35,584 nucleotides of DNA from assembly GCA_025057205.1 (NCBI GenBank), contig JANWXR010000003.1, positions 1-35,584 on the forward strand. The letters are read 5' to 3'. The stretch is from Anaerolineales bacterium (GTDB taxonomy: Bacteria > Chloroflexota > Anaerolineae > Anaerolineales > UBA6663). The translations under genes were made by a program, and so were the position numbers. The first letter of the stretch is position 1. Each line of letters begins with the position of its first letter. Below the pieces are notes generated by a model. The model was not told the origin of the DNA, did not search any database, and saw only the letters and a list, made by a program, of their open reading frames with translations. This document shows positions 1 through 9,990 of this stretch, in pieces.

Positions 1-1056
1 TACCGTCATCACGCTCCAACGGAATCCCGCCGGGCCATCCGGCAAGAACGTCTCCGGCAAGACGAAGCGGGTGTCGGTCACGAACTCGCGCAGCGGCCGG
101 CCATCGTTGGCGGTAACGTTGATGACGGTCACCTGATAGGCTTCGCCAGAACGCAACTGTGCAGTGGAGGCCCATTGCAAAATGATGTTGTCGCCGCTGC
201 GAAACACTGCGCCATCGGCCGGGCTAAGCAACTGCGGCGCAGGCTGCGGTGGCGGCACGGTGGGCGTACGTGTTGGCCCGGGCAACTGCACCAACTCCAG
301 CGGAATGATGAGCACCTGGCCGGCGCGAATGCGATTGGGGTCACTTAGGCCATTGGCCTGCAGGATGTCGTTAATCGTCAGGCCGTAATAGCGAGCGATG
401 GCCTGAAGCTGGTCGCCCGGCTGCACCACGTAGGTGGCGCGCGGCACGGGCGTCACATCCACGCCCTGGCGCAGAGTGGCAGTCGGCAGCGGCGACGGAG
501 TCGGCGTGGGCTGCGGAACTTTGATGACTTCGCCGGGATTGATGTTGGTGCACTCGCGGTTGATGACGCCGGAGTTGGCCTCAATGATGCTCAGAACGGA
601 GACGTTGTACTTGAGCGCGATTTTGATGCAGGTATCGCCGGCCTGCACACGGTATTCAAGCGGAGGCAGCGGCGTGGCGGTCGGCTCTGGCGTCTCGGTC
701 GGCGTTGGGGTAAAGGTAAGTGTGGGCAGCGGCGTATCGGTGGGAGTGGTCGTAGCCGTAGGCGGGTTGAGCAGCTGCCGGCCCTGTTCGGTCGAAGCGA
801 AAATCAGGCCGCCGCCCAGCGTGAGCAGGAGGACGACGCCCAGGAGGATGAGCACCGTGGTCAGGCTGATGGGCCGGCGGCCCAGCACCGTGCCCGCACC
901 CGGTTGCGCAACAGGCGCCGGGCCGGTCTTGCCGGTGACCCGGCCGAGGTCTGAGCCGCAGACCAGACACTTGGTGGCCGCCGAGCCGACGCGCGTGCCA
1001 CAGGTCGGACATAGCCGATAAGCCGGGCTGGAAGATGTTTTTGAAGGGGTTGACAT
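1..1056 (-). CDS. Zinc-ribbon / LysM-repeat membrane protein (3' end runs off the window start)
   Basis: Absent from the ORF track because there is no stop inside the window. Hand translation from the ATG at 1056..1054 gives MSTPSKTSSSPAYRLCPTCGTRVGSAATKCLVCGSDL (CxxC..CxxC zinc ribbon). A TM stretch follows (ISLTTVLILLGVVLLLTLGGGLIF), then TP-rich linkers and two LysM-like modules (YRVQAGDTCIKIALKYNVSVLSIIEAN; YVVQPGDQLQAIARYYGLTINDILQANGL). The frame stays open to base 1 (1056 nt = 352 codons). Confidence 0.8.
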   Translation of the reverse strand, partial: MSTPSKTSSSPAYRLCPTCGTRVGSAATKCLVCGSDLGRVTGKTGPAPVAQPGAGTVLGRRPISLTTVLILLGVVLLLTLGGGLIFASTEQGRQLLNPPTATTTPTDTPLPTLTFTPTPTETPEPTATPLPPLEYRVQAGDTCIKIALKYNVSVLSIIEANSGVINRECTNINPGEVIKVPQPTPTPSPLPTATLRQGVDVTPVPRATYVVQPGDQLQAIARYYGLTINDILQANGLSDPNRIRAGQVLIIPLELVQLPGPTRTPTVPPPQPAPQLLSPADGAVFRSGDNIILQWASTAQLRSGEAYQVTVINVTANDGRPLREFVTDTRFVLPETFLPDGPAGFRWSVMTV

Positions 1057-1157
1057 GGCTCGGAAATTATACGGGGCTGCGCAGAAAAGCGGCGGCGAGG
1101 TGTTATGTCATTGCCAAATCTGCCGGAGCGATGCTTCCGAACGAAACGGCGTTGCTG

Positions 1158-1730
1158 CTATGCCTTTGCGTCGTTGCCATCAAGTCCGAGCGTCGGTGCG
1201 ATGCTGCGCATGGCCTCGATGACGAAGGTGATGTGTTCGGTCAAATCTACGCCCAGCTCCCGAACTCCCTGCTCGATGTCGGCGCGGTTGACACCTGCGG
1301 CAAAGGCCTTGTCTTTCCATTTGGCTTTGACCGACTTGGCCGTGAGGTCATACAGGCTGCGCGAGGGGCGCACCAGCGCACAGGCTGTAATCAGGCCGGT
1401 CAGTTCATCCGCAGCGAACAGCGCCTTGTCCATCAACTTCTCGCGCGGGACGCCACTGCGCGGCGCATGGCTCTGGATACAGCGGATAATATCTTCGGGC
1501 ACGCCGCGCGCACGCAGAATGGCGGCGCCCTTCATCGGATGCTCGTCGAGCGAGGGATGAATCTCCCAATCGAAGTCATGCAGCAGGCCGGCCAGGCCCC
1601 ACTCGTCGGCATTCTCACCGTACTTGACGGCATAGGCGCGCATAGCGGCCTCCACCGCCAACATGTGGTTGATGAGATTTCGACTCTTCACGTGCTCGAC
1701 GACGATGGCGTAAGCCGCTTCACGGTCCAT
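1158..1730 (-). CDS. HD-domain metal-dependent phosphohydrolase
   Basis: 190-aa ORF with an H...HD signature (NHMLAVE ... LAGLLHDFDWE). Size and layout are typical of small HD/HDIG proteins. Confidence 0.8.
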   Translation of the reverse strand: MDREAAYAIVVEHVKSRNLINHMLAVEAAMRAYAVKYGENADEWGLAGLLHDFDWEIHPSLDEHPMKGAAILRARGVPEDIIRCIQSHAPRSGVPREKLMDKALFAADELTGLITACALVRPSRSLYDLTAKSVKAKWKDKAFAAGVNRADIEQGVRELGVDLTEHITFVIEAMRSIAPTLGLDGNDAKA

Positions 1731-1754
1731 AAAACCTTTCCCTGCTTTCCCTCG

Positions 1755-2435
1755 TTACTGAATGGGCACCGGCTCTCCCAGCACCGGCGTAGGCCGGGCC
1801 ACAACGACATCCCAAACGGCAGCGACGGTCGCCAGCACCTCGCGCAGATTCCAAAAGATGAGCGAACTGCGCCGATACTCGCGGCGGTCGGCGGCCACGC
1901 CGGTAGCGGACAGGCCCAGCGCCTCACAGAGAAACAGCGCGCGCGGCAGATGAAAGGCCTGCGTCACCAGCGTCGCTTCAGTGACGCCGAAGATGGCCCG
2001 AGCGCGGTAACACGAGTCATAGGTGCGCCGCCCGGCATAGTCGAGTACGATGTCGGAGTCCGGCACGCCCAGCTCAAGTGCAACGGCGCGCATCGCGCCC
2101 GGCTCATTGTAATACTCAAAGCGATTGTCACCGCTGAACAGAAGCTTCTTCACTTTGCCGGCGCGGTACAACTCCACTGCGGTGAGGACACGATCATACA
2201 ACACCGCCGCCGGCCGCCCGTCTCGCCGTAAGCCAGCCCCAAAGACAATCGCCACGCGCGTAGGCGGCACGTCCGCCACCGCATGAATGTGCGGCTGATA
2301 GCGAAGCACCATGTAAAGGCGCGGCAGGGCCAGCCCCAGCCCAGCCAAAGTTAGGCCACCGATGACTCGCCAGAAAAGCTGCATGCAGAGAGAGTAACAC
2401 CGGAAGATGAGCCGTCCATAAATGCGTTTTGCCAC
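1755..2435 (-). CDS. SanA/YdcF (DUF218) family membrane protein
   Basis: 226-aa ORF with an N-terminal TM segment followed by a DUF218-like core (VAIVFGAGLRRDGRPAAVLYDRVLTAVELYRAGKVKKLLFSGDN ... LVTQAFHLPRA). The start is uncertain; an alternative ATG lies at 2384. Confidence 0.75.
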   Translation of the reverse strand: MAKRIYGRLIFRCYSLCMQLFWRVIGGLTLAGLGLALPRLYMVLRYQPHIHAVADVPPTRVAIVFGAGLRRDGRPAAVLYDRVLTAVELYRAGKVKKLLFSGDNRFEYYNEPGAMRAVALELGVPDSDIVLDYAGRRTYDSCYRARAIFGVTEATLVTQAFHLPRALFLCEALGLSATGVAADRREYRRSSLIFWNLREVLATVAAVWDVVVARPTPVLGEPVPIQ

Positions 2436-2726
2436 TCCATAATGTCGGCGGTTCCCGGCTTTGAACTTCTACGCCGACAAAAAATTAATTCTCCCGGTTC
2501 GTGTGTGCACGCAGAACATGTCAGCCGCACCCCGAGCGGACGGCGAGCGAATCCGAAGCAGCAGTCAAAGGGGCGGCGCATTCCCTGAAAACCTTTGCGT
2601 GCACACGGGTCTTAGGTCTTGATCCCCAGTGGCACGATTCAGTTTTACAAGTTAAGATTCGGTGTAGCTTGTCGAGTCTCGTGAGGTCGTATTCATCGAA
2701 CCTTAACAAGGTCTCATAAAGTCGTG

Positions 2727-3047
2727 TCAGGGTAAGCCCAAGGAAGCGCCAGTGGGTAGAGGATGAAACCCGGTGATGAAAGATACCTTGCCTAAACCGG
2801 CGATGGTGGTCGCACCCTGTGCGTCCATGTCCCATTCTTGATGGGGGCGTTGCGCCGGCTTTGCCTTCGCCCCGGATAAGTCGTGATGACGCTCATACTT
2901 GCGAACTTTTTTCTTCCAGTCACTTTGTCGCCATTTGTGGATCGTTGACAACGAACGTTTTAGTTCTTCTGCAATTTCACAACTGCTTCGCCCGCTTGCT
3001 ACCCGCTCAGCAATCGTGACGCATTCTGCCGGTGTAGTGGTTTGCAC
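2727..3047 (-). pseudogene. Helix-turn-helix transposase N-terminal remnant (truncated IS fragment)
   Basis: The ORF begins with an HTH typical of transposase N-termini (ECVTIAERVASGRSSCEIAEELKRSLSTIHKWRQ) and then degenerates. No catalytic domain follows. The flanking 2436-3182 region is lower-GC non-coding DNA. Confidence 0.4.
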
Positions 3048-3182
3048 TTGGAGCGCTCATCGTATCCATCTCGCGTTTGTTTTTGCTTCACAGGTATGTG
3101 ATGCGACTTTTTGAGACCTTGGTTAAGGGTAATACGACTTTTTGAGATTTCAAGCAACTACTTATCCTCGGTAGGCCGCTAT

Positions 3183-4217
3183 ATGCACTTGGATGAAACC
3201 CAACGTCGCTGGCTGGTTATCGGCCTGGTCGCGCTGACGTTGACTATCTGTGGAGCCGGTGCGATCTTTGCCCTCGGCCCATTGTTCATCAACGCCGCGC
3301 TCGACCTGGAGCCAGTGCCAACGCTGGTCGGTGCGCTGCCCACTCCCACCTTCACCCATACGCTGCCCCCGCCCACTCCAGTCACCACCGGCACACTTGC
3401 GGGGCACGTCTGGCTGGATCGTTGCCCGCCCGGGCAGGAAGCCACTGCCCGCTGTCTAACCGACCCGAATGGCCGCGCGCGCGGCAACGGCCAGCTGGAG
3501 CCAGACGAGGTTGGGATCGGCGGCATTACGCTCAAACTCGGCGCCGGCCTGTGCCCGGCTACTGGCCTGGCTCAGGCCACCACCGCGCCCGACGGTGCCT
3601 TCCGCTTTGACAATCTGGTCCCTGGCGTGTACTGCGTGTTGATTGACCCGACAGAGAACGGCACGCTCACCACCGGCGACTGGACAGCTCCACTCCCCGA
3701 CGCTCGCAAGCGCGCTCTCCAGCAGGTTGAGGTCAAACTGGGCGAAACGACCATCGTCAACTTCGGCTGGGACGACACCGTGCCGCCGACGCCCACCATC
3801 ACCCCGACGCCGACCATTACGCCCACGCCCACCATCACGCCGACGTTCACGCGCACGCCGCGCCCGACGAGCACGCGCACACCGATCACACCGACCATCA
3901 CAAACACACCGACGGCCACGTTGACACATACGCCGACGCCCACCGGCAGCGTCACCGTTACGCCAACGCCGTCGCGCACCCTGACGCCTACGCCGGTGAC
4001 CGCAACAGCGACGGCCACAAGTTCGGCGACGACAACACTTACACCATCCGCCACCGGTACACCCACACCGACCTCTACTGCTTCGATGACGCCCACCACC
4101 ACCAATACGCCGACAGCAACGCCGACCCCAACAAATACGGCCTTGCCAACCGACACTCCAACTCCAACGGCCACAGCCACACCGACTGAGACTCCGACTC
4201 CCTCACCCACTCCGTAA
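3183..4217 (+). CDS. Membrane-anchored/secreted protein: SdrD B-like (Cna-B type) domain plus about 150-aa Thr/Pro-rich tail
   Basis: The internal ATG at 3183 precedes a TM/signal anchor ([25 protein letters not shown]). An SdrD-B-like pattern follows ([25 protein letters not shown]...[24 protein letters not shown]). The C-terminus is pure TP repeats ([18 protein letters not shown]...) that end the protein. Confidence 0.8.
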   Translation: MHLDETQRRWLVIGLVALTLTICGAGAIFALGPLFINAALDLEPVPTLVGALPTPTFTHTLPPPTPVTTGTLAGHVWLDRCPPGQEATARCLTDPNGRARGNGQLEPDEVGIGGITLKLGAGLCPATGLAQATTAPDGAFRFDNLVPGVYCVLIDPTENGTLTTGDWTAPLPDARKRALQQVEVKLGETTIVNFGWDDTVPPTPTITPTPTITPTPTITPTFTRTPRPTSTRTPITPTITNTPTATLTHTPTPTGSVTVTPTPSRTLTPTPVTATATATSSATTTLTPSATGTPTPTSTASMTPTTTNTPTATPTPTNTALPTDTPTPTATATPTETPTPSPTP

Positions 4218-4269
4218 GCCGAACTTCGCGCAGGGTGTATTCCAGATTACTGGCCGCTCCTCTGACTGC

Positions 4270-4297
4270 GGCCGACCGTCTTCTGTCGGCCTTCGCT
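4270..4297 (+). terminator. Weak hairpin terminator candidate after the TP-rich gene
   Basis: GGCCGAC-cgtcttct-GTCGGCC (4270-4291) followed by a TTCGCTC tail. The U-tract is poor. Confidence 0.3.
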
Positions 4298-4364
4298 CAA
4301 GATGCGAGCACAGCCACAAAATAGAAATTCACTCTTCGCGTACGACAGCGCCTGTGACCGAAAC

Positions 4365-4395
4365 AAAAAAACGCTCCGGACCTCCGGCCCGGAGC
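4365..4395 (-). terminator. Rho-independent terminator downstream of guaB
   Basis: On the minus strand, GCTCCGG ... CCGGAGC (4395-4373) is followed by a run of 7 T (4371-4365). It lies 14 nt after the guaB stop. Confidence 0.7.
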
Positions 4396-4408
4396 ATTCT
4401 ACTCTCCC

Positions 4409-5890
4409 TCACCCACCCCGCTGATAGTTCGGCGCTTCGCGTGTGATCATCACACTATGCGGGTGGCTCTCGATCAGCCCGGCATGGGTGATGCGCGTCA
4501 GGCGCGTCTTCGTCCGCAGGTCTTCGAGCGTAGCCGCACCGGCGTAGCCCATGCCGGAGCGCAGCCCACCGACGAGTTGATAGATGGCGTCGCGCAGCGG
4601 GCCTTTGTACGGCACCAGCCCCTCCACTCCCTCCGGCACGAGTTTGTTGCCCCGGCCCTGCCCGCTCGCATAGCGGTCCTTGCCCAGGCCCTGCATCGCA
4701 CCCAGGCTGCCCATACCGCGATACTCCTTGTAGCGCTTGCCTTCGTATAGCACCACGTCGCCCGGCGCTTCGTCCAGGCCGGCCAGCAAGCCGCCGAGCA
4801 TCACCACCTCGGCGCCGGCCACAATTGCCTTGACGATGTCGCCGCTGTACTTGATGCCGCCGTCTGCCACTATCGGCACGCCACGCTTGCGCGCCGCGCG
4901 GGCGCACTCGAAGATGGCCGTCATCTGCGGCATGCCCGCGCCGGCGACGACGCGCGTGGTGCAGATGGAGCCGGCCCCCACGCCCACCTTGACCACGTCT
5001 GCGCCGGCCTCGATCAAGGCTTCGGTCCCTTCGGCGGTGACGACGTTGCCGGCGATGACCGGCAGCTTAGGCCAGGCGGTCTTGATGCGACGGAGGGCGC
5101 GCAGGACGCCAGCCGTATGCCCGTGCGCGGTATCCACGGCCACGGCGTCCACGCCGCGTTCCACCAGCAACTCCACACGCTGCTCAAGGTCGGCGCCCAC
5201 GCCCACCGCCGCCGCTACCAGCAGTCGCCCGCGCGCGTCGGTGGCCGCGTTCGGATAATCGCGCTTCTTTTGAATGTCCTTGACCGTAATCAGCCCCTTG
5301 AGCACGCCAGCCCCGTCCACCAGCGGCAGCTTCTCGATGCGATGCTGCTGTAGCAGGCTTTGCGCTTCTTCCAGCGTGGTGCCGACGGGCGCAGTGATGA
5401 GCGAGCCGTTGGTCATGAACTCGACCACCGGACGGTCAAGGTCCGACTGGGCGATGAAGCGGATATCGCGATTGGTGAGGATGCCCAGCAATTTTCCGGT
5501 GCCGCGTTCAGTGATGGGCACGCCGCTGATGTGATACTTCTCCATAATCTCCTCCGCCTCGCGCAAAGTGGCGGTCGGCGGCAAGGTCACCGGGTCTACG
5601 ATCATGCCGCTCTCGGAGCGTTTGACCTTTTCCACCTCGGCGGCCTGCTGTTCGGGGGTCAGGTTGCGATGAATGACGCCTAGCCCGCCCTCGCGCGCCA
5701 ACGCAATGGCCAACCGCGCCTCGGTCACGGTATCCATCGCCGCCGAGAGCACGGGGATGTTGAGGCGGATGTCGTCGGTCAGCCGGGCGCGCACGTCCAC
5801 GGCGTCGGGCAGCACTTCGCTGTAGCCGGGCACCACCAGCACATCGTCGAAGGTGAGCGATTCGAAGGTGTCAAAGAGTTTTTCATTCAT
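4409..5890 (-). CDS. guaB: IMP dehydrogenase
   Basis: 493 aa. It has the canonical N-terminus ([17 protein letters not shown]), a CBS pair and the catalytic loop [20 protein letters not shown]. Confidence 0.97.
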   Translation of the reverse strand: MNEKLFDTFESLTFDDVLVVPGYSEVLPDAVDVRARLTDDIRLNIPVLSAAMDTVTEARLAIALAREGGLGVIHRNLTPEQQAAEVEKVKRSESGMIVDPVTLPPTATLREAEEIMEKYHISGVPITERGTGKLLGILTNRDIRFIAQSDLDRPVVEFMTNGSLITAPVGTTLEEAQSLLQQHRIEKLPLVDGAGVLKGLITVKDIQKKRDYPNAATDARGRLLVAAAVGVGADLEQRVELLVERGVDAVAVDTAHGHTAGVLRALRRIKTAWPKLPVIAGNVVTAEGTEALIEAGADVVKVGVGAGSICTTRVVAGAGMPQMTAIFECARAARKRGVPIVADGGIKYSGDIVKAIVAGAEVVMLGGLLAGLDEAPGDVVLYEGKRYKEYRGMGSLGAMQGLGKDRYASGQGRGNKLVPEGVEGLVPYKGPLRDAIYQLVGGLRSGMGYAGAATLEDLRTKTRLTRITHAGLIESHPHSVMITREAPNYQRGG

Positions 5891-5900
5891 TGCCTGTCAC

Positions 5901-6482
5901 TCATTTCAAATAGGCATTTAGGGTCTCGACCAGGCGCCGGAAATAGGGTAGGTGTTGTTGCAACGTTGCCGGACTCAGACCTGCCAATACCTGAAAGGAG
6001 CGCTTACCCTTTCGATACTGCTGACCTGTTGCACGCTCCAGCGCCTCTTGCACCTCGTCGCGTTGTCGTCGTTCCAAATCGTTCAACGGGAGAAGTGCTC
6101 CCTCATTCAGTGCGCTTCCGAAAAACTCCCGCAACGCGGCGCGATCAGCCATCATCCACGTTTCCATGCAGGTGACCATGAACTGTGCCTGGTCATCAAC
6201 GGCGGCGGCGGGTCGCTCCCAGCCGTCATGCACCTGTAGGTGCTCCCAAGGCGTCCGCGTCACAGGAACTTCGCTGTCCACCAACAAAATAGCGGTCTTG
6301 CCGGAGTCCAGCAGGGCCGTTTTGAATCGGTCGAATGTCGCACGACGCCCACCGCCGGCCACAATACGCGGCATCCGCCCGCTGAAACCGGCCTTTTCCA
6401 GAAGTTTGCGGAAGCCCTCGCGGCAACGGCTATGTTCTTCGCTGCTATCCCCGCCGCCTTCCACGTAAAGATAAACGCTCAC
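5901..6482 (-). CDS. DUF4276-like protein with TOPRIM-like acidic motifs (candidate nuclease partner of the upstream ATPase)
   Basis: Preferred start is the GTG at 6482..6480, which overlaps the ATPase TGA (6481..6479) in the tetranucleotide GTGA. Motifs are VYLYVEGGGDS, AILLVDSE and CMETWMMAD. The family name is recalled from memory, not searched. It ends 10 nt before the guaB ATG. Confidence 0.7.
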   Translation of the reverse strand: MSVYLYVEGGGDSSEEHSRCREGFRKLLEKAGFSGRMPRIVAGGGRRATFDRFKTALLDSGKTAILLVDSEVPVTRTPWEHLQVHDGWERPAAAVDDQAQFMVTCMETWMMADRAALREFFGSALNEGALLPLNDLERRQRDEVQEALERATGQQYRKGKRSFQVLAGLSPATLQQHLPYFRRLVETLNAYLK

Positions 6483-7711
6483 CAGCGCGTGCCCCCTAAT
6501 TCGCCCCGCGTCCACAGCTCGCCCAACCGATAGTCTTTCAACCAGTGCGCCAGTTGTTCACTCTCAAGCCGTTTCATCACCGTCTGGCCACCGTGTTTTT
6601 CACAAACGACAACGGTTTCGGGATGCTCGGTGAGCGCGTCCACCAGCACATCGGAATGGGTCGTAACAATAAGCTGAGAGCGCTCGGAAGCCGCCAGCAT
6701 CAGGTCGGCCAATTTGGGAAGGATATCCGGATGCAGGCCGAGTTCCGGTTCTTCGATGCCGATGAGGGGCGGCGGCTCGGGGTCGCACAAAATGGCTAAC
6801 AGACACAGATAGCGCAAGGCGCCATCCGAAAGGCGCGTGGCGGGAATGATGTAATCGCTCTCGGTGAAAAAGACCTGTACCGTGCCGGCCTCCACGCTCA
6901 CGTCAAAATCGGTCAGGCCGTCGTAGAGGTCACGCAGCGCATCGAGCAACTCGCCTTTGGCTTTGGGATGGCGGCGCAAACGGTTGAGAAACAGCCCCAG
7001 ATTGGAAAAATCTTCCTCCAGCCGGTCGGTGCGCAGGTCGGCTTTCTGCGGTTCGCGAAAGACGGTGTTGCGGCCAAACGCCCACTCGCGGTACAAACGG
7101 ATATCGTCATAGGCGTCGGCTAGTTCCGTAATGACCGGATAGGTTTCGGGGTCACGGCGCTGGGCCAGGATAGACACATCCGGTTCTACGCTCTCGCGCG
7201 CCAGTTTCCGTTCGCCGCTGACAGGCGCGATGACGGGCTGACCCTGTTGGTAACGATAGTAAAAATAGGGTGTGGATTGGCCGGGGTACGGACGCTCATT
7301 TTCGATACGCTCATCTTCCAGCCGGAAGGTCTGTTGTTCGGAGCGAAAGGCCAGCACGTGGCGCAAAGGCTGGCGTCCGTGCGGGTTATCCACAATGACC
7401 TCGAGCGTCGCCACACCTTTGGGGTCGCCTTTCCAAATCCACTCACTGACCCCGCCTCCTCGTCCGATGACCGTACGCAGATCCTTAGGAGAGGCACGGT
7501 TGGGTGTGGCCTGCAAGAGCGCAATAGCTTCCAGGAGGTTCGATTTCCCGGAGCCGTTCGGGCCGATGAGGACATTGAGACCCTGTAATTCCAGCGGCGC
7601 AGTGTCCGGGCCGAACGAGAGCAGGCGCCTCATCGTGATGGCGTGCAGGAGGCGCCGGCCAGACCCGGTTGATTGCGGCAGGACTTTGCTGGAAAAAGGA
7701 AGTGTGGTCAT
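6479..7711 (-). CDS. ABC/SMC-like AAA ATPase (AAA_21/AAA_15 type)
   Basis: Walker A is LIGPNGSGKSNLLEA and the ABC-signature-like motif is LSDGALRYLCLL. Walker B/D-loop is PLIGIEEPELGLHPD and the H-loop is IVTTHSD. There is no transmembrane or substrate-binding partner. Confidence 0.85.
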   Translation of the reverse strand: MTTLPFSSKVLPQSTGSGRRLLHAITMRRLLSFGPDTAPLELQGLNVLIGPNGSGKSNLLEAIALLQATPNRASPKDLRTVIGRGGGVSEWIWKGDPKGVATLEVIVDNPHGRQPLRHVLAFRSEQQTFRLEDERIENERPYPGQSTPYFYYRYQQGQPVIAPVSGERKLARESVEPDVSILAQRRDPETYPVITELADAYDDIRLYREWAFGRNTVFREPQKADLRTDRLEEDFSNLGLFLNRLRRHPKAKGELLDALRDLYDGLTDFDVSVEAGTVQVFFTESDYIIPATRLSDGALRYLCLLAILCDPEPPPLIGIEEPELGLHPDILPKLADLMLAASERSQLIVTTHSDVLVDALTEHPETVVVCEKHGGQTVMKRLESEQLAHWLKDYRLGELWTRGELGGTRW

Positions 7712-7753
7712 TGAGTACCTGTCCGCTTGTGTTCTTCCAACTTTGTCACAGCA

Positions 7754-8422
7754 TCAACGGTTTCTTCGGGCGCGCAGCTGCGCCAGGATTTCCGCCGGCA
7801 GGTTGAGGATCTCCCCGACCGTGAGCAGCGCATCCGGCTTCTCCCATAGCCACTCCACTTTGAGCCAGAAGCCGGGGATCAGGCGCGAATGGTAGATGCC
7901 GGCTTCCGGCTTGATCAGCTCGAACCGGCCCTGCGCATCGCGCTGATAGAAGAAGGCCCGCCGGCGGTCGGGGCGCGGGTCAATCACCCAATACTCCGGC
8001 ACGCCGCACTCCTGATACTCGACGAACTTCTCGTCGAGGTCGCGCGCGACGCTGTCGGCGGAGACGACCTCGATCACCACATCCGCCGGGCCTTCGATCC
8101 GCCGGTCGTTGGCCACGCGCGCCAGGTGCTCCGTAGCAACGAACACCACGTCCGGCTCGCGCGAGTTGCCATCCGGCCGGCAGCGCATCTCAATAGGCGC
8201 AGACCAAACCTGGCCCAATCCCAAGAAATCCGTGAACAACCCCAACAGCTTGGTCAAATAGGCGACCAGTGATTGATGTGTGATTGTCGGAGGCATATGC
8301 TCGATGATCTCCCCCTCCACCCATTCGACGAGGTGCGAGGACTGAGGCAGGGCCTGGTACTCTTCGTACGTTGCGCGCCGCCGCGCAAGCTCGGTCGGGA
8401 TTTCGATCACCTGCTCCGTCAT
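7754..8422 (-). CDS. Uma2 (DUF820) family PD-(D/E)xK endonuclease
   Basis: 222 aa. It shows the characteristic YEEY...EWVEGEII, PDVVFV and ADVVIEVVS motifs, plus YQECGVPEYWVIDP. Confidence 0.85.
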   Translation of the reverse strand: MTEQVIEIPTELARRRATYEEYQALPQSSHLVEWVEGEIIEHMPPTITHQSLVAYLTKLLGLFTDFLGLGQVWSAPIEMRCRPDGNSREPDVVFVATEHLARVANDRRIEGPADVVIEVVSADSVARDLDEKFVEYQECGVPEYWVIDPRPDRRRAFFYQRDAQGRFELIKPEAGIYHSRLIPGFWLKVEWLWEKPDALLTVGEILNLPAEILAQLRARRNR

Positions 8423-8471
8423 GGCGAACTCTCCTGTGCTGATTATAGCGCCTCCGCGCTGCTCGCAATCG

Positions 8472-9986
<1,515 letters not shown>

Positions 9987-9990
9987 TGGG

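Noticed and set aside
2503-2606. Stem-closed 104-nt element checked as a possible SRP/4.5S RNA (GAAGCAGC word) or group II intron piece.
   Set aside because: It lacks the SRP domain IV consensus (GGAAGGAAGCAGCC with its symmetric loop partners) and lacks group II GUGYG / domain V features. It is kept only as part of the IS-remnant observation.
3572-4210. 212-aa minus-strand GV-repeat ORF ([16 protein letters not shown]...).
   Set aside because: It is the reverse-complement reading of the Thr/Pro (ACN CCN) repeat tail of the plus-strand gene. It has no independent start context or signal.
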